From positions 194,974-258,973 of the forward strand of contig CAZOZN010000002.1 in the NCBI GenBank assembly GCA_964584335.1: a stretch of DNA of 64,000 nt. Reading direction: 5' to 3'. The notes beneath the pieces are model-generated. The model searched no databases. It was not told where the DNA came from and was given only the letters and a program-made list of their open reading frames with translations. Of the stretch, positions 51,500 to 61,057 are shown in pieces (within the stretch, counting starts at the first letter, position 1; each line of letters opens with the position of its first letter). The position numbers and the translations under genes are program-made. The stretch is from an uncultured archaeon. GTDB taxonomy: Archaea; Aenigmatarchaeota; Aenigmatarchaeia; PWEA01; JAGHBM01.

Positions 51500-51675
51500 G
51501 CTCCCGTAGTCTAGCTCGGTTAAGGATGCCGGCCTTTCGATTCAAGTCGAAAGATTTGAGAACCAACTGGGTTCAGTGAAAGAAGAAAGCCGGAGACTCG
51601 GGTTCAAAAAAGCTTTTCTTTAAAAAAGAAAAGACTTTAGAAAAGAAAGCTTGGATTGTCCCGGCGGGAGCACCA
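51500..51675 (+). tRNA. tRNA-Glu(TTC) with two introns: 37/38 (51540-51587) and T-loop 58/59 or 59/60 (~51609-51658)
   Basis: Acceptor GCTCCCG/CGGGAGC-A-CCA; CCGGC-CTTTCG[..]A-GCCGG with BHB helix CTTT/GAAG; T-arm TCGGG-TTCAA[..]T-CCCGG with helix TTCA/TGGA. Confidence 0.9.
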
Positions 51676-51849
51676 ATAAAATTTATGGGAATTTTGAGTT
51701 TCTCAAACCCCTTAAAATAACATTTTTAGGGCTTCTAGTATATAAATCTTATTAAAAATGCCCCTAAACCTTTATATTTGAGTGTTTCAAAATGTTACTA
51801 TAGACGGCCTAGAGGCCTCTTAAACACAATTTAGTGGAGGTGTAAAAAA

Positions 51850-52017
51850 ATGGCATTGATTGTAAAGAACGCAATAAAAGATTTGGTAAGAGGAAAAGCA
51901 AACGTAAGCGCTGATTTCTATGATGCTTTGGACACAGAAGTAAAAGACATAGTACACAAAGCATTAAAAAGAGCAAAAGACAACAGCAGAAAAACAATTC
52001 AAGCAAGAGACCTTTAA
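51850..52017 (+). CDS. 55-aa histone-fold protein (DUF1931 / truncated-alpha3 'face-to-face' type)
   Basis: MALIVKNAIKDLVRGKANVSADFYDALDTEVKDIVHKALKRAKDNSRKTIQARDL; GGAGGTG SD; RKT..xRD histone L2 motif at the very C-terminus; not in ORF track. Confidence 0.9.
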   Translation: MALIVKNAIKDLVRGKANVSADFYDALDTEVKDIVHKALKRAKDNSRKTIQARDL

Positions 52018-52128
52018 ATCGGTCTCTTTTCTCTTTTTATTTTTTTAACTTTTTAACTTTTTTTTAAATGATTAATAATAAAAGATTAATAAGACTAAGA
52101 AAAAACAGGAAAAACACATTTGCATTAT

Positions 52129-52306
52129 GCGGGGGTACCCAAGAGAGCTTTTAGAAAAAGCTCAAGCAAAAATCTAAAGCTCTGGGAATGGCCAAAGGGG
52201 CAGGACTTAAGAAAGCTTTTTGGAAAAAGCTTTACCAAAAACTTCAACTCTGAGAAATCCTGTGAACGTAGGTTCTCCGTGAGTTCGAATCTCATCCCCC
52301 GCACCA
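52129..52306 (+). tRNA. tRNA-Leu(TAA) with two 45-nt introns: D-loop 15/16 (52144-52188) and 37/38 (52212-52256)
   Basis: Acceptor GCGGGGG/CCCCCGC-A-CCA; BHB helices CCCA/TGGG and CTTA/TGAG with 3-nt bulges; long variable arm. Confidence 0.92.
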
Positions 52307-52340
52307 ATCTTTTTATTTTATTAAGTTCTAAGATGTCTTT

Positions 52341-52889
52341 ATGAACAACTTGGTTGCTGTTGTCGGTATGCCCGGATGCGGAAAGAGTGAATCAGTTAAG
52401 ATTTTTGAGGATTCTGATTTTTTCAAGGTTTATTTTGGAGGGGTAGTTATAGAGGAATTAAAAAAAAGAGACATGGAAATAAATGAAAAAAATGAATCTT
52501 TCATGAGAGAAAAACTTAGAGAAGAACAGGGGATGTCTGCAATGGCTAAGCTTAGCATCGATAAGATAAAAGAAAAGCTTTCAGAAAGCAATGTAGTAAT
52601 AGATGGACTTTATTCAATGGAAGAATACGAACTTCTTAAAAAAGAATTTCCAAATATGATGGTTTTTTGCGTTTTCTCTTCACCAAAGACTAGACACGAA
52701 AGGCTTTCAAAAAGGACTGTAAGACCTTTAAAGAGAGAAGAGTCTTCTAATAGGGATAAGAATCAGATAAAGAATCTTCATACCGGCGGTCCTATAGCAC
52801 TTGCTGATTTTACAGTTGTTAACGAATCAACTCTTTATGAACTGAAGGAAAAAACTAATGCTTTTATTGAGAGCATAACTAAAGATTAG
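52341..52889 (+). CDS. P-loop nucleotide kinase (UPF0200 / dephospho-CoA kinase-like)
   Basis: GMPGCGKS, IDGLYS, RHERL, ALADF. Confidence 0.8.
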   Translation: MNNLVAVVGMPGCGKSESVKIFEDSDFFKVYFGGVVIEELKKRDMEINEKNESFMREKLREEQGMSAMAKLSIDKIKEKLSESNVVIDGLYSMEEYELLKKEFPNMMVFCVFSSPKTRHERLSKRTVRPLKREESSNRDKNQIKNLHTGGPIALADFTVVNESTLYELKEKTNAFIESITKD

Positions 52890-52890
52890 T

Positions 52891-54000
52891 ATGCCTCTTT
52901 CACATTTTCAATGCTTTAATTGTAAAAAAGATTTTTCAAAAAATGATGTCCTGTTTTGGTGTCCCGAATGCGGAGGCTCTTTGGTAGTTCTTTACAAAAA
53001 AGACAAGATTAAAAGGCATATAAAAAAGACCAAATTCAAAAGTCAGAAACCTTCTCACTGGAAATATTGGATGTTCTACCCACTACCCAAGAACGTAGAA
53101 AGGGTGACAATGAGCGAAGATGACACCCCTTTAATAAAAGATAAGAACAATGATGATTATTTTTTAAAATTCGAGGGAGCCAATTCTACAGGCAGCTTCA
53201 AGGATAGAGGTTCTACTGTAGAAATAACGCATGCCAAGCAACTTGGTGTAAAAAAGGTTGCCTGTGCATCCACAGGTAATATGGGCGCTTCTGTTTCGGC
53301 TTATTCCTCAAGGGCTGGTATAAAGGCAACGATATATGTTCCAAAGGGAGCTCCTATAATAAAGAGAGAACAAATAAAAAAGTACGGTGCAAGAATAGTC
53401 AGAATAAATGGAGATTATACAGACGCATTAAACAAGACAAAAAAGCTTTGGACCGAGAAGAAGACATATCTTACCGGCGATTATTTGTATAGACAAGAGG
53501 GCCAAAAATCTGTTATAATCGAATCGATTGACCAGATGAATTTTGATGTTCCTGATTACGTCGTTATTCCTGTCGGAATGGGAAATCTTTGTTACGCGAC
53601 TTACAAGGGATTGATAGAAATGAAAATGGTCGGTCTTATTAATAAAATACCAAAGATAGTGACTGTTCAATCCTTTCATTGTTCTACCGTTGTAAAGGCC
53701 TTAAATAAAAATATGGATAAAATACCTGTTGTTAAAAATCCTAATACTATAGCCTCTGCTATTTCTTGCGGTAAACCCAACTACGGCAGGGAGGCACTTT
53801 TTGCTGTAAGAGGCACGGGAGGTACTGGAGTGTCTGTAACTGAAAAAGAAATAAAGGATTCGAGGAAAAGTCTTGCCAGGCAAGGCATTTATACAGAGGC
53901 TTCCGGCGCAGTCAGTTATGCTGGTGCAAAAAAACTAAATCTTAAGGGCAAATGTTTAATAATCTTGACAGGACACGGCCTTAAAGATACACTAATTTAA
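52891..54000 (+). CDS. thrC: Threonine synthase-like PLP enzyme
   Basis: N-terminal CxxC/CxxC, STGSFKDRG (PLP Lys), ASTGN, PVGMGNL, TGHGLK. Confidence 0.88.
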   Translation: MPLSHFQCFNCKKDFSKNDVLFWCPECGGSLVVLYKKDKIKRHIKKTKFKSQKPSHWKYWMFYPLPKNVERVTMSEDDTPLIKDKNNDDYFLKFEGANSTGSFKDRGSTVEITHAKQLGVKKVACASTGNMGASVSAYSSRAGIKATIYVPKGAPIIKREQIKKYGARIVRINGDYTDALNKTKKLWTEKKTYLTGDYLYRQEGQKSVIIESIDQMNFDVPDYVVIPVGMGNLCYATYKGLIEMKMVGLINKIPKIVTVQSFHCSTVVKALNKNMDKIPVVKNPNTIASAISCGKPNYGREALFAVRGTGGTGVSVTEKEIKDSRKSLARQGIYTEASGAVSYAGAKKLNLKGKCLIILTGHGLKDTLI

Positions 54001-54034
54001 AAACGTTTTAAATAAGTTTTTACAAGATTAAATC

Positions 54035-55015
54035 ATGGATTCGAAAACATTAAGAAAGCACAGTCAAAAACTTCTAAAACTTAAACAGGAAATACAGAAA
54101 GGAATAATAGGACAGGAGTATGTAATAGATTCCGTAATAAAATGTTTGATGTGTAATGGTCATGTTCTTTTGGAAGGAGTTCCAGGCTTGGCAAAGACCT
54201 TACTTGTAATGCTTTTGGCGAGGTCTGTTTCTGATAGTGTTTTCAAGAGAATACAATTCACCCCTGATTTGTTGCCTTCTGATATAACAGGCACGACCAT
54301 GTATATAGAGAGAGAAGGCACGTTCAAGGCACAGAAAGGTCCAATTTTTGCAAACTTCGTTCTTGCCGACGAAATAAACCGTACAACACCAAAAGTACAG
54401 AGCTCAATGCTTCAGGCAATGCAGGAGAGGGAAGTTACCATAGGCAAGGAGACTTTTTCTCTTCCTAAGCCGTTTATAGTTCTTGCTACCGAGAACCCTC
54501 TCGAACAGGCAGGTACTTATCCATTAGCTGTTGCTCAAACAGACAGGTTCCTTTTTAAGATTTTTGTTGATTATCCCAAGGAAGATGAGGAAATTAAAAT
54601 TATAGATATAAATTCAGTTGTTAAAGGCATGAAAGATTACAAGACCAAGCCAGTAGTTACACCTAAAGATATTCAAAAAGTACAAGAAATAGTAAGGAAA
54701 ATTAAAATAAGCGACAGTGTTAAGGATTACATACTTAATATAGTCGAATCTACAAGAGTTCCTGAGAAATATGGTCTCGAGTTTCACAAGTTTATAGATT
54801 ATGGTGGAAGTCCTAGAGCTTCTATTTATCTTGCTCTTTCAGGTAAGGCAAGTGCTCTCATGAACGGAAGGGATTATGTAATACCAGATGATATAAGGGA
54901 AGTGGCACCAAACGTACTCAGACATAGAATAATAATGAACTATGAAGGCAAGGCAAGAAACATTTCTACTGACGATATAATAAAAGAGATTATAGATACT
55001 GTTCCGGTGGTTTAG
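54035..55015 (+). CDS. moxR: MoxR AAA+ ATPase, copy 1
   Basis: EGVPGLAKT, RIQFTPDLLPSD, DEINR, SPRA. Confidence 0.93.
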   Translation: MDSKTLRKHSQKLLKLKQEIQKGIIGQEYVIDSVIKCLMCNGHVLLEGVPGLAKTLLVMLLARSVSDSVFKRIQFTPDLLPSDITGTTMYIEREGTFKAQKGPIFANFVLADEINRTTPKVQSSMLQAMQEREVTIGKETFSLPKPFIVLATENPLEQAGTYPLAVAQTDRFLFKIFVDYPKEDEEIKIIDINSVVKGMKDYKTKPVVTPKDIQKVQEIVRKIKISDSVKDYILNIVESTRVPEKYGLEFHKFIDYGGSPRASIYLALSGKASALMNGRDYVIPDDIREVAPNVLRHRIIMNYEGKARNISTDDIIKEIIDTVPVV

Positions 55016-56005
55016 ATGGTTGAAGGAAATATAGAAAAGAAAATAGATTTTTATAGTGATAAGATTTCCAAAATAGAAGATGAGATACACAAGTGTGTTT
55101 ACGGACAGCAAGATACGGTCTCTTCGATTATAAAATGCTTGATATGTAATGGTCATGTTCTTATAGAGGGGGTTCCCGGAATAGCTAAAACTTTAACTGT
55201 GGTTGTTCTTTCAAATACAATAAAAGGAGCTAAATACAACAGGATACAATTCACCCCTGATTTGTTGCCTTCTGATATAGTAGGTACTCTCATATACAGA
55301 AAAGGAAGAGGGTTCGAGGTTCAGAAAGGTCCTGTTTTTGGAAATATTATAGCTGCTGATGAGATAAACAGAGCCCCTTCCAAAGTACAGAGCGCTATGC
55401 TTCAGGCAATGCAGGAGAGGGAAGTTACCATAGGCAAGGAAACATATCCTCTTCCAAAACCCTTCATGGTTCTGGCCACGCAAAATCCACTGGAGACCAA
55501 GGGGGTTTATCCCTTACCCGAGGCTCAGATAGACAGATTTTTGTTTAAGATACAAGTTGATTACCCCAAAAGGGAACATGAAAAGAAGGTTATTGATATA
55601 AACGCTGAAGTAAAAAACATGGAAGATTATAAAATAAAAAAAGTGCTTTCTATTAAAGATATAGTAGAGATGCAAAAGTTAGTACCCAGAATAAAATGCT
55701 CCGAAGAAATAAAGAAATACATAGTAAAGCTGGTTAATGCTACGAGGTATCCGGATAAATATGGAATAGAGTTCGGCAGGTATATAAAGTGGGGTGCATC
55801 ACCCAGAGCTACTATATATCTTAGCTTGGCAGGCAAGGCAAATGCCTTGATGAAAGGAAGAAGTTATGTTACCCCGGATGATATAAGGGATATAGCACAT
55901 CACGTTCTTAGGCACAGAATGATTTTAAATTACGAAGGAAAAGCTGAAAAGATAAAAACTGAAGATTTGGTCGATGAGGTTATAAATAGTGTTCCAGTGA
56001 TTTGA
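55016..56005 (+). CDS. moxR: MoxR AAA+ ATPase, copy 2
   Basis: EGVPGIAKT, RIQFTPDLLPSD, DEINR, LPEAQIDRF. Confidence 0.93.
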   Translation: MVEGNIEKKIDFYSDKISKIEDEIHKCVYGQQDTVSSIIKCLICNGHVLIEGVPGIAKTLTVVVLSNTIKGAKYNRIQFTPDLLPSDIVGTLIYRKGRGFEVQKGPVFGNIIAADEINRAPSKVQSAMLQAMQEREVTIGKETYPLPKPFMVLATQNPLETKGVYPLPEAQIDRFLFKIQVDYPKREHEKKVIDINAEVKNMEDYKIKKVLSIKDIVEMQKLVPRIKCSEEIKKYIVKLVNATRYPDKYGIEFGRYIKWGASPRATIYLSLAGKANALMKGRSYVTPDDIRDIAHHVLRHRMILNYEGKAEKIKTEDLVDEVINSVPVI

Positions 56006-56961
56006 TGAGGGAAGAATCAAAAAATAAAAAAATAAGTGATGCAATAGGTGAACTTAAGAAAGGGGAGCCAGATGACTCTAAGCTATTTGACATGAAAGAA
56101 ATGATGTATGAGATAGATTCCAAAGTTAAAAGATTAAGCGACATTTTTTCTTTTCTCTTAACATACCAGATGCTTTTTAGAGGAACGGGACTTGAGTTTG
56201 CTCAGTTAAAGGAATATATACCGGGTGAGGACGATGCAACCAAGATAGACTGGAAATCCAGTCTCAGGACCGGTAAAATTTTCATAAAACAATACGAGGA
56301 GGAAAGGGACTTGGATATAGTTGTTCTTCTTGATGTTTCTTCTTCCATGAATTTCGGAACTCAAAAAAGAATAAAGAGAGAATATGCCGGAATAATAGCA
56401 GGCGCGATAATAAGTGCAGGTATACAAATAGGCGATAATGTTGGTTTTTGTATATATTCTGATGAAGTGATAAAATTTCTTGAACCTTCCAATGACGAAT
56501 CACAGTATTACAGAAGTCTGGAGCTTATAATTGACAAAAAAAACTATGGAGGCAAGGCGGACCTGGATAAGGCACTTAGATTTGTATTGAATAACGTAAA
56601 AGAGAGTACAATACTTTTTCTCGTATCTGATTTCATATCTACCGGAAAAGAATGGGAAGACAGCATAAAAATGGTTTCAAACAAGCTTAATGATGTAATG
56701 GGATTTATGGTTAGAGATTTAAGGGACGAGTTTCTTCCAGAAGGTTCTGGCAACTTCAGGTTTAAAGACCCACATACCGAGAAGACTATAATAGTAAATC
56801 TTGATAAAGCAAAAAAGAAATACGAAGAAATGGCCAAAGAACAGTCCGATTATGTTAAAAAAATATTTAGGAGCAGTAATACGGGTTTTGTAAAGGTTTT
56901 TACTCATGAGCCATTCGTAAAGGCATTGGTGAAGGAACTGACACTAAGAAGAGTTTTATAG
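56002..56961 (+). CDS. DUF58 (vWA-like) protein
   Basis: GLEFAQLKEY.PG, IDWKSS, DVSSSM, VSDF; typical MoxR partner. Confidence 0.9.
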   Translation: MMREESKNKKISDAIGELKKGEPDDSKLFDMKEMMYEIDSKVKRLSDIFSFLLTYQMLFRGTGLEFAQLKEYIPGEDDATKIDWKSSLRTGKIFIKQYEEERDLDIVVLLDVSSSMNFGTQKRIKREYAGIIAGAIISAGIQIGDNVGFCIYSDEVIKFLEPSNDESQYYRSLELIIDKKNYGGKADLDKALRFVLNNVKESTILFLVSDFISTGKEWEDSIKMVSNKLNDVMGFMVRDLRDEFLPEGSGNFRFKDPHTEKTIIVNLDKAKKKYEEMAKEQSDYVKKIFRSSNTGFVKVFTHEPFVKALVKELTLRRVL

Positions 56962-57028
56962 CTTTAATTTCTCTTTTTATATACTTTAGATTAAGCTGAT
57001 TTTTATATAAACTCTACTTAATAAGATT

Positions 57029-57991
57029 ATGAAAATTTTGAAACTGTTTTTTGTAATTTTTATTCTTTTAGTGACCTTAACAGAGGTAAATGCATCTGTA
57101 ATAAATACACGAAACGGGGAAGATGATTTTCTAATAAGTCTTGATTTTAAAGGCTTAAATCCCATGGAAAATGAGCCAATTGTTTTTCTTTGCAGAGAAA
57201 TTTGTATCAGTACTGATGTAAAATCTGTAAGCTTTAACGAAAACGGAGAAATTGATATTTTTATAAAACCAGAATACACCGGTAACTATACTTTAAAGGT
57301 CTTTTTTAATTCAAGCGAAGAATTGCTTTTATTTGAGGATGAAATAGAAATAAGTGAAATATACAAAAGCGAAGAATTTTTAGTGGAGGAAGATTTTGGA
57401 GTTACAGGAAATATAGTCAGAAACTCCACCAATCCACTTTTTTTACTTGGTTTTTTGAGTTTGGTTATCATTCTCATGTTTTTTAAGTTAGATAATGATG
57501 TTATTTTTGAAAAAAATAAGTTTTTAAGACACTTTAAAACCAAATTAAAACCTTTTATAGTCTTTATGCTCTCTTTCGTTGTTTTAACTGTTTTTACTCA
57601 TGAGTTATTTCATATAATTACTGCAGGTATTTTTGGATGTGCGGCAAGTTTGGAATCTTTTTTGCCAATTTATTCTCCTTCTTCCGTTTCCATTAGCTCG
57701 TGCAAAATAACATCTTTCCAGAGTATAATGATATTATCTGCAGGTATAATCGGTAATATGATGGTGGGCCTGTTTCTTTTGTATTTTCCTCTTAAAAGGA
57801 ATAAAAAAATTTTAAATACAGTTTCTCTGGCCTTTTTTGTTTCATCCTTCTCATATTTTTTCTACAAAACCGGCGATATTCATAACATAATAAATATAAT
57901 GAATTTAAGCATCCCGCAAATTTACTTGAATATTTTCGGAGTATTGACTCTATCCGGCTCCTTTTATCTTTTTTTAAGAAATTATAATTAG
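57029..57991 (+). CDS. Membrane protein with extracellular N-domain and C-terminal M50-like metalloprotease region
   Basis: Signal peptide; THELFH within a TM segment; SAG...GD downstream. Confidence 0.65.
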   Translation: MKILKLFFVIFILLVTLTEVNASVINTRNGEDDFLISLDFKGLNPMENEPIVFLCREICISTDVKSVSFNENGEIDIFIKPEYTGNYTLKVFFNSSEELLLFEDEIEISEIYKSEEFLVEEDFGVTGNIVRNSTNPLFLLGFLSLVIILMFFKLDNDVIFEKNKFLRHFKTKLKPFIVFMLSFVVLTVFTHELFHIITAGIFGCAASLESFLPIYSPSSVSISSCKITSFQSIMILSAGIIGNMMVGLFLLYFPLKRNKKILNTVSLAFFVSSFSYFFYKTGDIHNIINIMNLSIPQIYLNIFGVLTLSGSFYLFLRNYN

Positions 57992-60249
57992 AAAATAGGA
58001 ACAAGTCCCATATACCATAAAAATATGTAGATTATTAGTATAATTGTAATTATTGAAGAAATCGGATAAAGTATGCCTACATATCTTCCTCTCCTTCTCA
58101 TGGTAATAAGACTTAACAAAAATACTATGAAGAACAACAATAGTAATGGTATTAAAAGCAGTCCTCCTGGCAGTAAAGCCGAGGGAGATGAAACATTTAT
58201 TTTTATTCTTGAGAAAGCATAAGCATTTTCTTTTGATTCTATTATAAGCATTGCATTACATGTCTTTGGTCCTGTTCTTGTCCTAACCTTTAAGTTAAAA
58301 TTTGCTTCTTCCTCACTATCTAGTTTTAACTCAGGAGAAGTTATGTTGACTATGCAGTTTTCTATGTTTTCTAGTTTTGCACTTATTTTAGTAAGTGGCT
58401 TAACTCCTACATTTTTTATCATTATTGGTATTTCTCCTACAGAATCTGATTCAAGTGTTATTTCTCCCGGGCTTTCCAGTATTTTTATCTTTGCAAGAAA
58501 TTCTCCGGGCAAAACTTCAAACCAAAAATAGGCAAGATCTAAGACGTTACCGCTACTATCTAAAGCCTGTACAGGAATTGCATAAGTCGAGGGCTCCACT
58601 TTATATGTAGGTGTTATAAATAAAGTTCTGTTTAGTTTTTCTCCAGAATCAATTGTGTCTATTTGTGCACTTTCAAATCCCCACTCCTCACCTACTATAG
58701 GCTCTAATGTTATATCTGAAGCGGTACTTGAACCAAGATTTTCTATTTCAAATAATACGGGTGTTGTTTGTTCCTGCATTCCGCTAATTTCAGGTTCCAC
58801 CGGATATATGTTTATTTCTATAGGACCGGGCAATGGTGTTGGCAGGGGTTCAGGAGTGGGGCTCGGAGAGGGGCTGGGTTCCGGTTTAGGTTCCGTCTCG
58901 GGTGAAGGTTGCTCTTCTTCGCCCCCGAACTCCTTGACTACTTCAAAATCTTCAACTATTTCCATGCTTCCGTTGCATTGTATCTTATCGTAACAAGCAA
59001 TCTTGTTAATAGTATAATTAACTTCACATTGGGAAACCACGTACCTGTCTACACAACTTGTAAAAGTCTCGGAGAAGGTGACATTCCTTCCGTTCGGGTC
59101 CATTGAGGTTATAGTCATATTGCCTAGTTCGTTTTTTATTATATTTCCCTCAAACCAGTCTGTGGAATATGAACACTCATCTTCTGTTAAGTTCGTGTCG
59201 TCACTAATGCATGCATAACAATATTCACTGCAGTCCTCCATATTAAACGTGTAAGCGTTGTATATTGTGTTTGATATGTTTGCTGTGCCTGCATATGTTG
59301 TTGTGTTTGGCGTCTGGTTTTCTAATGTAAGTGAAGAGGAAGAAGTAGTGTTAAATTGGTACTCTTTTGCATATGCGTTGAAGCATCTGTGGCTAAAATG
59401 GTTGTAGCATGTGGTTTCGTTTTCACCGTCAAAGTCGATATCTTCCGGTTTAGTACAGTTGGCAGTTTGGTTGTAATCCGGCCAGTCGTAAAATGTTTCG
59501 CTCATTCCGCTTGGTGTCCTTCCTACGAACCTTGTTATACCGTGCCAATAATATACTCCCAGAGCGGTACTGTTATATGTCTTCCACAAGCCGTAATGAA
59601 GATCATCTTCCCAAGGTTCCAGCTCTGTTGTTTGGTCAAGATAAGGCCCCCAGATAAGGGTCCCGTCGTTATATTCTATGTACATACTGCTCGTTTCGTT
59701 AACATCCATGTTTCCTATATTTTCGTTTATTTGCATAAAGAAAACAGTCTGCTCTCTTGTAACCTCTTCAGGTACAAAATAGAAGCTGAATCCCACACCG
59801 CAATCAGGAGAAACCTCGACGCTTATTATAACTTCATCAGATTCTGTTTTTGTTATTCCGAAAGTATATCTGTCTGATTTTGTGTAGTTACCGCTCGACT
59901 CGTTAACAAATATGTTATAATAGTATATGTCTGTGTAGTTGTTCAATTTGTATGCTATTGTAAAGGTACCCCCATACCTGTAAGGGTCTGAAGTGTTAGA
60001 CATTTCAAAAGTTTCTACTACTTCAGTACTTCCGTTCATGTAAGTTATGTTTGCTAATACAGTGTCTATGTAACACCCCGGGTTTGTAATGTTTTCTCTC
60101 GTTACTTCAGTTAATATTGTCACATTTTCGTTGTATTCTAAAACACTTGGAAAATCCTGAACATAATCTATCGTCGGCGTTGCATATACAACATTAAAAC
60201 TGAGAACAAATATCAAAATTATTAATTCCTTCGGGGGTGCTCTTTTCAT
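57988..60249 (-). CDS. Large cell-surface protein (Cys-rich region, Pro-rich linker, CARDB/NEW3-like Ig domains, C-terminal TMs)
   Basis: Signal peptide, many N-x-S/T sequons, PSPETEPKPEPSPSPSPTP linker, IENLG/IKNVG Ig motifs. Confidence 0.75.
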   Translation of the reverse strand: MKRAPPKELIILIFVLSFNVVYATPTIDYVQDFPSVLEYNENVTILTEVTRENITNPGCYIDTVLANITYMNGSTEVVETFEMSNTSDPYRYGGTFTIAYKLNNYTDIYYYNIFVNESSGNYTKSDRYTFGITKTESDEVIISVEVSPDCGVGFSFYFVPEEVTREQTVFFMQINENIGNMDVNETSSMYIEYNDGTLIWGPYLDQTTELEPWEDDLHYGLWKTYNSTALGVYYWHGITRFVGRTPSGMSETFYDWPDYNQTANCTKPEDIDFDGENETTCYNHFSHRCFNAYAKEYQFNTTSSSSLTLENQTPNTTTYAGTANISNTIYNAYTFNMEDCSEYCYACISDDTNLTEDECSYSTDWFEGNIIKNELGNMTITSMDPNGRNVTFSETFTSCVDRYVVSQCEVNYTINKIACYDKIQCNGSMEIVEDFEVVKEFGGEEEQPSPETEPKPEPSPSPSPTPEPLPTPLPGPIEINIYPVEPEISGMQEQTTPVLFEIENLGSSTASDITLEPIVGEEWGFESAQIDTIDSGEKLNRTLFITPTYKVEPSTYAIPVQALDSSGNVLDLAYFWFEVLPGEFLAKIKILESPGEITLESDSVGEIPIMIKNVGVKPLTKISAKLENIENCIVNITSPELKLDSEEEANFNLKVRTRTGPKTCNAMLIIESKENAYAFSRIKINVSSPSALLPGGLLLIPLLLLFFIVFLLSLITMRRRGRYVGILYPISSIITIILIIYIFLWYMGLVPIF

Positions 60250-60250
60250 A

Positions 60251-61021
60251 CTATCTCCTTTTTCTGTATAAAATATAAATTATCAGACTGACAATTGCTA
60301 AAATTATTATGTAGTATAAAATACCGGATTCGTCTTCTTCTCCTCCCAAAGAAAAAAATCCTGTGGGAAGTTCTCTTCTTTCTTCGATATTACTTTCTTC
60401 TTCATCATTTTCTTTTACTTCTATATTCCAACTATTCCCAGTATCATTAGATTCGTAACTTTCTCTTTGAACTTCCTGATAAAACTCTTCCAATGTTTCC
60501 TCGTACTCTTCCTCGGTCCTTGCATTTATGTTGCCGGGAACTGTTATTGCGAAACTGTATTCGTGAACGGATTTCATCCTCTCTTTTGTTCCTCCGAAGT
60601 TGGTGTCTTCAGATGAAGCTGTCGCTACTATTTTTATTTTATGGAAATTTTTTGTTATCTCGCTTATGTTATCCGGCACTTTTATTATGACTTGAACAGG
60701 AACACATTTTGCATAATTTTCTCCAAGAACTACCCATTCTTCTTCACCCATGGGATTTACGACTTTTTTATCGCTCTCTAACAAGAAATATCTTGGATTT
60801 ATGCTAGTAATTATTTCGTCGCTCCCTGAGTTTTTCAAGTCGACAACCAATGGAGTTTTTCCATAGTTAAAGAATGATAATTTTACCTTTTTAATATCAC
60901 CAGGGACCATTGTAAACCTTTGGTTATGTCCCACAGAACCAAAACTGAGCTGGTCTGCGTAAGATGTTTTTGTCAATAAAAGGAATATTATTAAAAAATA
61001 TACCAGATGCTTTTTTTTCAT
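60251..61021 (-). CDS. Exported protein with C-terminal membrane anchor
   Basis: Signal peptide, beta-sandwich-like core, acidic linker, PTGFF + TM + RKRR. Confidence 0.75.
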   Translation of the reverse strand: MKKKHLVYFLIIFLLLTKTSYADQLSFGSVGHNQRFTMVPGDIKKVKLSFFNYGKTPLVVDLKNSGSDEIITSINPRYFLLESDKKVVNPMGEEEWVVLGENYAKCVPVQVIIKVPDNISEITKNFHKIKIVATASSEDTNFGGTKERMKSVHEYSFAITVPGNINARTEEEYEETLEEFYQEVQRESYESNDTGNSWNIEVKENDEEESNIEERRELPTGFFSLGGEEDESGILYYIIILAIVSLIIYILYRKRR

Positions 61022-61057
61022 GATATAACCTTATTTTCTTTGAAATTTATATTTTAA

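Noticed and set aside
51809-52006. 65-aa Cys/Leu-rich minus-strand ORF
   Set aside because: Antisense shadow of the histone gene
52120-52344. 74-aa (+) and 60-aa (-) ORFs
   Set aside because: They overlap the intron-containing tRNA-Leu; the antisense openness arises from palindromic introns
58820-58925. GC-rich quasi-repeat
   Set aside because: Encodes the Pro/Ser/Glu linker of the surface protein; not a DNA repeat element or CRISPR
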